Assembly (NCBI GenBank): GCA_030390025.1
Contig: CM059432.1
Span: 40,488,001-40,552,000 of the forward strand
Length of the DNA: 64,000 nucleotides
Source of the DNA: Squalus acanthias
Taxonomy: Eukaryota
Reading direction: 5' to 3'
How positions within the stretch are numbered: position 1 is the first letter of the stretch; each line of letters starts with the position of its first letter. The translations under genes and the position numbers were made by a program. The notes beneath the pieces were generated by a model. It worked only from the letters and a program-made list of their open reading frames with translations, did no database searches and was not told the DNA's origin. Shown piece after piece: positions 37,101 to 49,100 of the stretch.

Positions 37101-40100
37101 ACACTGCCATCTATGGCAAGCTGATACTAAGGTAGGAAAAACGTCAGATACTCCATGGCAGGAAGAAGTATGTGCACGAATACTCTAGTGCTTTTTTTTT
37201 TATAAAAGAGAAGCATATGTACAACCTTGCAATAAAGAGGTGCCAATCGGAATGTTTTCGGGAATGTTGTCACGGCTGTAGATAGAATGCAGGAACTCTG
37301 GTGTACAGTCGTTTTCATCAATGATGTGAATTACTACCTGGAAAATAATTGGCAAACAGTAAAAATCAGAACTCCTCAGAAGCAAAGTGAGATAAAATGG
37401 ACGTCAGTTAACCTGAAAAAACGACCATGAACAATTTGCTCCAGTAGCATCACTTTGAGGAACACATCAGCAATGAAAATGCAAGGCCCAAAGGAGCAAT
37501 GTCTCTCATCAGATATTCAGTCTGGATACAGTCGGGGGAATGAGAAAAATAATAGGAATGCTGGCAAACCAGCACATTAGAAAATGTATATTATCAGTAA
37601 AGAATCATGTACTGGATATTGCTGCGTTATAACACTTTTGGTTAGTGATAAAAATAGACCATCGACCTTTCAGATATGGTGCACCATTTTGGATGTATGA
37701 AAATGAATTGAAACAGGAATCTATGTGATCTCAGTTTCCACATGTACGCTGACGACACCCAGCTCTACCTCACCACCACTTCTCTCGACCCCTCCACGGT
37801 CTGTAAATTGTCAGACTGCTTGTCCGACATACAGTTCTGGATGAGCAGCAATTTTCTCCAATTAAAAATTGGGAAGACCGAAGCCATTGTTTTCAGTCCC
37901 CGCCACAAACTCCGTTCCCTAGCCACCGACTCCATCCCTCTCCCTAGCATCTGTCTGAGGCTGAACCAGACTGTTCACAACCTTGGCGTCATATTTGACC
38001 CTGAAATGAGCTTCCGACCAGGTATCCACGGCATAACTAAGACCACCTATTTCCACCTCCGTAACAATGCCTGTCTCCGCCCCGCCTCAGCTCATCTGCT
38101 GCTGAAACCCTCATCCATGCCTTTGTTATCTCTAGACTTGACTATTCCAATGCACTCCTGGCTGGCCTCCCACATTCTACCCTACTTGAGTCATCCAAAA
38201 CTCGGCTAACCGTGTCCTAACTCGCACCAAGTCCTGTTCACCCATCACCCCTGTGCTCGCTGACCTCCATTGGCTCCTGGTTAAGCAACAGAACCCTTGT
38301 TTTCAAATCCCTCCATGGCCTCGCTGCTCCCTATCTCTGTAATCTCCTTCAGCCCCACAACTGCCACACCCCCCCACCCTCACCGAGATATCTGCGCTCC
38401 TCAAATTCTGCTCTCTTGAGCATCCCTGATTATAATCGCTCAACCATCGGTGACCGTGCCTTCTGCTGCCTAGGCCCTAAGCTCTGGAACTCCCTCCCTA
38501 AACTTCTCTGCCTCTCTACCTCTCTTTCCTCCTTTAAGACGCTTCCTAAAAACTACCTCTTTAACCAAGCTTTTGGTCATCTGCCCTAATATCTTATGTG
38601 GCTCAGTGTCAAATGTTTGTCTTAAAACACTCCTGTGAAGCACCTTGGGACATTTTACTACGTTAAAGGGGCTATATAAATACAAGTTGTTGTTGTTACG
38701 TTGTGAGTTAGATGAACACAGTGTTAATGGTAACACATGATGGATGATCTCGCATTCCCAATGGAGAGCGTCACTCGCTGGAAGCAAATCCCGGAAGGAG
38801 TACGACTTTTGACCTGCTAGGGCTGTTTCCCAATAGAAGTTCCAGATGGGGGAATTGTATCTATAATGAATATTTAGTATAACAGATCCATTTTTATCCA
38901 GCTGTAGATATGCTATTAAGTCCAGGAGAAGTGGCCTAAATATTGTTGTACCCATTTTATTGGCCTAAAATGAGCACAATGATAACCAATTTAGCAGGGC
39001 AGGAGCCCACACCCAATCTACATGAGCATTCGGGCCACTGGTAAATTGGTTGGGGCCTTTTTTGAGGCAGCTGTCGTGGATGCCTGAAATGAGCTCAAGC
39101 CTCATTTCAATATTGAAATGAGGCTTCTGCACCTATTTCAAACTTGGATTACTGAAATAATTTGCACTAGTCAGTAGATTGTGCTGCACAAGCTCCAACT
39201 AGTAATTCCGGGGCTTGGGGAGACTAACCAGCGGTCCTTAAAATGGCCTCTGGAGGACCCTCAAAATGAAGGCCTCCAAACTTTCAAAATTTCGCTTTCT
39301 TTGGAGTCAGAAAGAGATGGAGCGCTCCTCCTGGCTCCGTAAAACAACTGCAGCTGCTGCCAGCCCGCTCTCGCCCTGATCTGCAGCCTGCCCCCTTCCT
39401 AATCACCAGGGACTGTCCCTTAGGGTCCCCAGCTGCGGCCTCCTGCCGCTGGCTTTCCCACCCGGCAGCTGACCAGCCTGTCAGCAGCTCACCAGCTTGT
39501 CAATTTAGCCGACTGCCGGGTGGGAAACGGAATTAAACATTTATAATGAGGTCCTGCCACTAAATTCGGCAAGACCTCAGCGTCCCTGGCATTGTCGGGT
39601 TCTTTGGCCGCTTTCGGCCTCCCCCACCTCACTATAAATACAGTAAACTCTTGTTTAAACGGCACTTAATCATCCGGAATTCTTTAATAACCGGCAAAAT
39701 AGATAACTGGTAATCTTGCCGAATCCATCCAGCACTCGTTTTTCCGAGTCCGAGTTTCCCGCGGTGGCCGAGTTAGTCAGTGGTTTTTATTTCTTTTGTG
39801 TTAAAAATTGCCTACCTCTCTTATCCAGAATTTTTCATCAACCAGCACCATTCTGGTCCCATAGGTGCCGGATACGAAAGAGTTTACTGTATCGGGGCTA
39901 ATGATTCAGTCGGAGTGGCTTAGAGGTGACACAAGGGCGCATTTTGAACATTTTTGAAGTGTTACAGCTTTGGAGCCCCATGCTGATTGTTCAGTGGATA
40001 AATGCACTGCATGGAGTAGCACTAAACCATATGAAGGGCCCAGGTTCAATCTCTGATCTGTCATGAATTCACCAGTCTTAGCCTGGAGGGTAGCAGGGCT

Positions 40101-43100
40101 GCTACAATTGCCTTCAAGCTAGAGAAAAGAAAAATCAGGCACAACTCCTGCTCCTAATTGCAATTCAGTGCTCCTGCCATAAGAACATATATGTGGACAC
40201 TAGGATGGTGAAACAATCTGGTTAATTTTAGCAAAAAAGTTGGTGTGACAAGGGTGTTTCCTTGCTTTAATACTTACACCAACTTTAGCAGTAAAATTAT
40301 CAAATGCAGGAATTTAAAATTTCTGCTGAGGTGAGGTCAAGATTAGCTGTGCTGCCCAAGTGAAATACGGTGTCTGCGCTCACTCATTGGCCAAGCTCAA
40401 GTGGAAGAATGACTAATTGGTTGAGGTAGTGGAGGATTACCCATTGCCTATGAAACTGTACCCCAGTTTCAGCAGAGGAGGAGGAAGAGAAAAATCATGC
40501 TGTTCAATATTAGTAAAATCAACACATTACAATGCTTGCATGAAATTCCTCTGTCCACTGTTAAGAGTAGGGATAAACGGGTCTTTTTCAGGATGGCAGG
40601 CTGTGACTAGTGGGGTACCGCAAGGATCGGTGCTTGGGCCCCAGCTATTCACAATCTATATCAATGATTTGGATGAGGGGACTAAATGTAACATTTCCAA
40701 ATTTGCTGATGATACAAAGCTAGCTGGCAGTGTCAGTTGTGAAGAGGATGTGAAGAGGCTTCAAGGGGATCTCGACAGGCTCAGTGAGTGGGCGAGAACA
40801 TGGCAGATGGAATATAATGTGGATAAATGTGAAGTTATCCACTTTGGTAGAAAAAACAGAAAGGCAGAGTATTTCCTAAATGGTGAAAGATTGGGGAATG
40901 CAGATGCTCAAAGGGACCAGGGTGTCCTTGTACATGAGTCACTGAAAGTGAATGTGCAGCAAGCCATTAGGAAGGCAAATGAAAGGTATGCTGGCCTTCA
41001 TTACAAGAGGATTTGAGTACAGGAGTAAAGAAGTCTTACTCCAATTATATAGGGCCTTGGTGAGACCACACCTGGAGTACTGTGTACAATTTTGGTCTCC
41101 TTACCTAAGGAAGGATATACTTGCCATAGAGGGAGTGCAACGAAGGTTCACGAGATTGATTCCTGGGATGGCGGGACTGTCGTATGAGAAGAGATTGAGT
41201 AAACTAGGCCTGTATTCTTTTGAATTCAGAAGAATGAGAGGAGATCTCATTGAAGCATACAAAATTATTACAGGGCTTGATAGGGTGGATGCTGGGAGAA
41301 TGTATCCCTTGGCTGGGGAGTCTAGAACCAGGGGCCACAGCCTCAGGATAAAGGGTAGGCCATTCAGGACTGAGATGAGAAGAAATTTCTTCACACAGAG
41401 GGTGGTGAATCTTTGGAATTCTCTACCCCAGAGGGCTGTGGAGGCTCAGTCATTGGGTATATTCAAAACAGAAGTTGATAGATTTCTGACTCGTAAAGGC
41501 ATCAAGGGATATGGCGATAGGGCCGGTGAATGGAGTTGAGACAGAAGATCAGCCATGATATCATTGACTGGCGGAGCGGGCTCGAAGGGCCGAATGGCCT
41601 ACTCCTGCTCTTATTTCTTATGTTCTTATGTTTTAACTAAGATGTTCATTAAAATAGCAGACAAACGAATACCAGCTCAATGCCTTACTGCGTCCATCAC
41701 GGATATCACTCAATGCAAACTCAACTCTCCTGTGCCCTAGTCAGTGGCTGGCAATTTCCTCAGAGCTGCTCCTCTCTGGTCGCCTGAGGTTTGCCAGAAG
41801 CACGGTGAAAACCCTGATTACGCATAAATAGAGATTCTGCCGCACTTCCGGAGAAGTTACAGCAGATCCTATTTAATATGAACGCACACTTCAGACTGTA
41901 TGTTATCCAATTTTACAGACATGTATTGCAATCAATATGAGGTATAAATAAATAACTTAAATAATTTCTGTTGAATAATTCCGTTTTTTTTTATGTTTTT
42001 CAATCAAAAACAGTTGCGTGTATACCCAAGAAGAACATGATTAGAGATGGATATTTGTATGCATGGTTCAAAGATCCTGTTCAGCTAACTTTTAACCCTT
42101 TGCCTCACTCCAGAATGTCCTCTGGCCATTCAAATTAGCTGTTAATTTTGAATGGTGAAATGGGCCAAGTCTAGCCTTATGTCTTGTTCGTGACAGATGC
42201 TCTGCATATTGGGGTTGGGAGAAGGGATAGAGAATTTAGCCAGATGACCAGCCGCACCCTAAACAAGTGCAGCTACTATTTGTTTCTGGGCAGCCTAAGG
42301 TATTAACCCTGAACGGTTTTTTGAGTGTTCAAAATATACACCTCTTTTGTTCACGTAACATGAGCAAAAATAGTTCTGTGAATAAGAAAAATCAACTTTT
42401 ATTTTTACCATGAATTGCTGACCGAACCTCCAAACTCTTGATCTCAGGTGTGTTGCTGTGGGAAACACCGAGCAGAGGGCAAAAAAAAAATAGTCTGCAG
42501 GGTCGGATAAAATATGATTACGTCATTTTGCTCTTAACTTTTTTATCCACTGATTCAAATTTCTCACACAGGAGAAAAGAGCTTTAATCAAAATCATTCC
42601 GAACAAAAAAAAAATTCTCCAGCCTGAATGACAAATAATTTCATTAAAATCGGCTCAGAAAGTCTCAGCAATCCAGTTAGTCCATACATCAAGTGCTGGA
42701 GTATTTCACTGCAGGATTACTGGCACTTTCATGTGTGGATTCCACAGATGGTGTCAATATTGGAAGAAAGTGAGTCTATTAATCAGTATCACAACAGCTT
42801 GAGTGTAGGCTTAGACCAGCTCTAGAGTGATTCCTCTTCGAAAGTCTCATCAGAGGCTCCACGTGTTCGTTGCTTAGACAATTTACATCACCCTTCAGCA
42901 GAAACTGCTTAAACTTGGCTGCCCATTTCTAACAAATTATTGATTGGAAATAGTCACTGTTTACAGCCCTTATCTAGATTTAGAAACAGGAAGGCAGAGT
43001 GCTGCAGTCCTGCCACAAACTATATGTAAAAAAAGTTAAAGAAAGGCAATGGAGTGTTGCTGTAAATTCCACACAGATTTTGGTCCCATTGAAAAAAAAT

Positions 43101-46100
43101 CTGCTCTTAAGCTCCCACTGCAATAGTACTCGTGCTGGATTCATCATCACAATCCTTCACGAATTGAGTTCCAGATCTGCTTTGGAAAGAGCAGGAAGAC
43201 TGGAGAAAGTTACCCAGAGCTTTTCTCCTCCTGGTGATGTGTTACATCATGGCCCAGAAATTAAACACTGAGCGTTCCTGCGGGGGTAAGGCTTCCCCGC
43301 GATATCTCACTGCGCGCCTACCTTTTCCCTCCGGGCCCACACGAACTTTAGTTTCAAGGCTGCAGCTGTGCAGTGCTTGCGTGACCCACAGACGCAGTTA
43401 GTTCGTGCGAGCTCTGGGATCACGTGATTCAGTTAGAGCCAATGGCAGCACACCATCTTTCATTCATAGTTTTGACAGGAGAACTGTCAAAGCTATGAAT
43501 ACAACTTACCCCCAAAAGAACAGCTAAACCTCAATTAAATTTAAAAAAAAACCATCACATTAATAAAATAACTATAGTTAAATAAATTAACCACTTCAAA
43601 CAAAAATTTTAATTTTTGAAAAAATTTAAAATCTTTTAAAAAGTTATAAAAATAAACTTACCTTTCTTTAAAGTCTCTAAAAAAGATAAACCTGTTGAAA
43701 AAAATTTAAAATAATACTTAATTAACTACTTACCTTGTTAAAAGAGGGTCTTACGCCTCCTTTCTTTATGTGTAAAATCTTCCATGCTTACCTGCGCGCT
43801 CAAAGCACTAAGTGCACTGCGTGCGCGCAGCCTGTAGCGCGCACGCGGTTCACTTAGGAACCGCCCCCTTTTGAATTCACGAAGTGCCGGTTTCCCGCGC
43901 ATGCGCAGTGCATGCTGGAAACCGGCAATTGGAGACCGAAAACGCGAGAGTACACAGTGCGTACTCTCGCGTATTAGGTCTAATTTTCGGGCCAATAGCT
44001 TTAATGAGGGAGTGAATTGCTTGCCCAGTAATCTGCATTCTCTCTTGGCTGAAGTATGGTGAGAGGCATAGGGAGATATGGGAATAGGTATTCCTTAAAT
44101 GGCATTAATACAATTATATAGCTTTAAATTTAAATAGAAGATTGTTGATGACAGAATTTAAATATTAGCTCTCGCCTTCACATGGTCCATCTCCGATTCT
44201 TCCCTTCCCTTCCTTGACTTCTCTATCTCCATTTCTGTCGACCAATATCTACTATAAGCCAACTGACTCCCACAGCTACCTTGACTACACTTCCTTCCAC
44301 CCCGCTTCCTGTAAGGACTCTATTCCATTTTCCCAATTTCTCCTTCTCCGTCTCCGTCGCATCTGTTCCAACGATGTCACCTTCCATACTAGCGCTTCCG
44401 ATATGTCTTCCTTTTTCCTCAACCGAGGATTCCCTTCCACCGTGGTTGATGGGACCCTCGACCGTGTCCATCCCATTTCCTGCACCTGCTCTCACCCCTT
44501 CCCCTCTCTCCCAGAACCACGATAGGGTTCCCCTTGTCCTTACCTTCCACCCCACCAGCCTCCACATTCAACGAATCATCCTCCGCCATTTCTGCCACCT
44601 CCAGTGTGATGCCATCACCAAACATATCTTCCCCCTCCCCTCCCCTTTCTGCATTCCAAAGAGATCGTTTCCTCCGCAACACCCTAGTCCACACTTCAAT
44701 CACCCGCTCCCCTTCCCACGGAACCTTCTCATGCAAGCACAGGAGATGCAACGCCTGCCCCTTTTCCCTCCCCACTGTCCAGGGCCCCAAACACTCCTTC
44801 CAGGTGAAACAGTGATTTACTTGCACTTCTTTCAATTTAGTATACTGTATTCGCTGGCCACGATACGATCTCCTCTACATTGGGGAGACCAAACGCAGAT
44901 TGGGTGATTGCTTTGTGGAACACATCCGTAAGCATGACCCTGATCTTCCAGTCGCCTGTCATTTTAATTCTCTGTCCCACTCCCACTCTGACCTTGACCT
45001 CCTACACTGTTCTAATGAAACTCAACAGCAGCTCGAGGAAGAGCACCTCATCTTTTGATTAGCATTTTACAGCCTTCCAGATTCAACACGGAGTTCAACA
45101 ATTTCAGATCATAACCAACGCTCCCATTTTTTCCAGACAACAGCTATTGGTAATGATTCTGCTGTAGTCATTTATACCTCCTCCAGATGCATCTTTTGTT
45201 TCTTTATTTGTCCTATTACCTGTTTGCCACACACCACCATTCCTTTTGTCATTTAATCTCTCCTGCCTTCCATCTATCACAGCCCTTCCCTTTTGTTCAT
45301 TCCTTCTCTTCCCGCCTTGCCCTCTGTACTTTCTTGAAACCTGTTACATCTCTAACTTTTTCCAGTGCTGATGAAAGCTCATTGACCTGAAACTTTGTTT
45401 CTCTCTCCACAGATGCTGTCTGATCGGCTGAGTATTTCCAGCATTTTCTGTTTTTATTTCAGATTTCCAGCAGCCACAGTATTTTGCTTTTGTGTTAAAT
45501 ATTAGCAATTCTACTGATCTTCATATAAGGAATAGAATTCCTTTAATGAACTTTATCACAAAAAATAAATATACAATCTGCATTTCTGATATGTGATGAT
45601 ATTCTTTCTTATATGTTTTATTACCTGTGTCGTACTGAAAAGTTGTATTTGAGAAAGCAGAAGACACGTCTAAGTAAATCAGGGTTGCAAATTATTCAAA
45701 TTACTGATGCTTCCTCCATCATACCTCAGTGACACTGCTGAGTCCTGTGCCAGCTTCCAGTGCCCGTACCAGTAGGTGGTAGAGGTGGTGTTCACTTTCA
45801 TAATCGATGCTGTGTATCAGGCTCAGCTCCCCATTGTCCTGATTTATACTGAACAGACTGCTGGGATTGATCAGCAAGGAGTACGACAGAGGCCTCCTCT
45901 GGAATGAAATGGCTTCTACAACTGTCATTCTGTCAAAAAGGAAACACAAACAATGATAGCAAAGATCCTGCATGTGCCGAGCAGGCTTCCTTATGCACCA
46001 TCAAATATAAACCCCAAACTGTCCATTTAATTAAAACCTGGAGTACTGTTTTCCTATCAATCAGAAATCTGTATTTTATTTTCTCATTTTACCATTAGAA

Positions 46101-49100
46101 GTTATAGTTATGCAAAATCCGTGCGGATTTTTAATATTCCCAGATTACTTATTCTGAAAAATGCTACCATAAGTTTCAATATATTAAGAGACATTCCAGA
46201 TTTTGAGGTTTTAAACCTCTAAGGTGTATTCCTTAGTTGATAGAGAACTGTACACTTTTGATAGATCTCACCATTGTAGTGTAGTTCTCAGGTAGTACTA
46301 GTTTCTAACTAGCTCTACATTATTTCGAACCAAGATCAATGTGGTTCGTGTTCTGATTGTACTACAGGAAACTCTTTATTAACCGGCACCCAAATATCCG
46401 GAAATCTCTCTTAACCGGCAAAATTCTTGAGTAGGTAACCGGGGTTTTCCTTCATCTCTTGTTTAAGATTAACTTTTTTTAAAAACCCGAGGCGTTTGCC
46501 TTGTATCGGAGCGTGTAGATTGGGAGGGGAATGTGCAGCCCGGGTAGGCAGCGGACACGACAGATGGTCAGCTGGCGGTCCCCGGGGAGACGGAGCTCCG
46601 AATGCAGGCACATGTCAATGTGTACGGGGCTCTCGTACGTTGGTAGATATAACTCTCCGTTATCCGGACTTTTTGATAAACTGGCACCACGCCGGTCCCG
46701 TCGGTGCCGGTTAATAAAGAGTTTCCTGTAGTATGTGACTAACTCTACATGACAGAGCAGAAACCAGTGCTTGAGCTGTATCAATCTGTAACTAGCTCTG
46801 CAAATACAGAATAAAGCTGAGACCTGTAAGTATAAAGTCCAGATGTATTAGTCGAAAATTAGTTACCCAGAAGTAAACAAAAACAATCGGGCTCTGAGAA
46901 TTCAGTATACAGTATCGATGATTGTAACTCTAGTGCAATAGTATAGCTAAAGCAATGACACCAGCAGAAAGTTCTAATATAGTGCAAAAATATACTGATA
47001 AGTACAGTGCTGCACTTCACAAGTTAAGAGTCTAATAACATAAATGGAAACTGTGCGAGTCAGCTCTGATTTTCCATTAGGTGCCTGCATTTTTATAAAT
47101 CAAGTGACAGCGAATGCAGAATATGTGCATGGTCAGGACCTCGGGGATTAAGTAAACTGAAGAAAAGTGAAATCAGCTAACTATGGGTGCGTTTATTACA
47201 CTGTGTTCAAAGGAATAGAGAAACATTTTAAATTCTTTTTAAATGTGAGTATCCTCATACTTCACAAAGGTAGATTTTTTTTTCTAAAAAGGGGGCAATA
47301 TCTATATGAAAAGATGGTTGGCAAATCTTTACAGTTTCCCTACCACTATCTGTGAATTGCCTTGGGATATTCTTTACATTAAATGTATTATATAAATGCA
47401 AGTTACTGTTATTCTGAACCTTCATCCTTCCCAAACAACGCAAAGGAGTTCATTCCAGACACTTTTTCATGAAGACACTACCCAATTAAAATGTTTTACT
47501 TTTTTTTCCACACTATCACTAGTATAAGCAGCCCAGATGGTCGGTTAGTATTCCAAATGCATCTTTATACCTTGAAGACCACTGGGATAAGGAACATATG
47601 TGACATGACTGTAATTTGTTTTTGTTTCAAATTTTATTCCCTTCCCTACCTAACACAAGTGACCCATCTTTGTGTAAGTGAGTATCAGAAAGCTAATGGA
47701 CTGTGGGAACATCATAACTGACTCCAATCCTATTCTTACCCACATCTATACAGGCGCAATCCTGGGCAGGTGTCACTTGGGAACAGGAACGCCTGCCAAC
47801 CAGGAATTAAACCTAGGATCTCATGGACTGTATGACGTAATACAACACTAGGCAGTGCCTTTACCCACTAGGCCACTGAGGTAGTTCGATATAAATCCTA
47901 AAATGAATTCCGATCAGGTATTTATGCAGAATTCACTCCTGTTGCATTCTTAGAGCAAGCTCCCCTTGGAATGACTATATCTGTGCTTTTTCTGCTTCCA
48001 ATACCCCTTTGAACACTGATTGCTCTTTGCAGGTTTCAAGCTCCAGCACAGACACACAGCACTTTTAAAAGATAACAGCAGCACAAATGTGTATGCTTAA
48101 AATATTGAACATTACAAGGCATACACAACTATCCAGCATGCATTATTTACAGTATTCTTTGAATAACTATGGTTACTTAAAAGTCCTGCTCTCTTTTGGG
48201 TTTCCTCTTCAAAGAGATTGGCTGTTAGCTTGATTCTATGGTTGCACCAGAGATAAAGGCTGCCATTTCGCCGACCATGGAGGCCGGGGTCGGTGTCGCG
48301 GTCCCAGCCCGCTGCCTACTGCAGCCTGTACTCTCCAAGTGATTTTACGTTGATGGGCCTCGTTAAGCCCGCCCTGCGAGGTTTCCGAACAATTAAAAGG
48401 AAGCGGGTCTGATGACGTCATTTGATGACGCATCATCAGCCGGTTTCCTTAAAGGGGCCATGTCCAAATTGATTTTGACAGTTCTGTTGTCAGTGTTCTA
48501 CAGCATTGAGGTGCTGCAAACACTGACAATCACAGAGGTGCAGGGCTGCACCCAGACTCTCCCATGACTCCCTCCATATGCTTATGGGTGGAGTCACAGC
48601 ATGCAGGGAGGTTCTCTTCCCTTCCCATGGGCGGAAGAGACCTCCGCAGGAGATCAATGCAGCCTGGTTGCACATTGCACAGGAGGGCACAAGCAGGGAT
48701 GTCATCAGGAGGACCAGGCTGCAGTGGCGCAAGCCTTTCAATGATCCCAGTAGATCACGAAATGTTACTTCAAAGCCACACTCAACCTCATCCCGCTATG
48801 CCACTCATCACATCCACATCACTCTGCCTTCCCTACCCTACTCCTGCACATCTTTACTCACACCAACTTACCTTGCACCTCCACCCATCCCTCTCTATCT
48901 ACATTATCACTTCCCCATTTCACTAGCCACCCCTCACACATACCCTCATCCTACTGCAAGCATACCCACTAACAACACACAAGGGTAGGTACTTGGGTGA
49001 TTTAGCCAATGTCCATGTAAAGTTTCTGTTAATGTGCTGTCAAACATTGAAATCTTTATTTTCAGCACTTTGCGTTCTTGGACAGATTTGTGTGCACCTT

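Noticed and set aside
40219..40302. About 80-bp imperfect palindrome inside a SINE
   Set aside because: Probably a tiny old MITE; too degraded to define ends or TSD.
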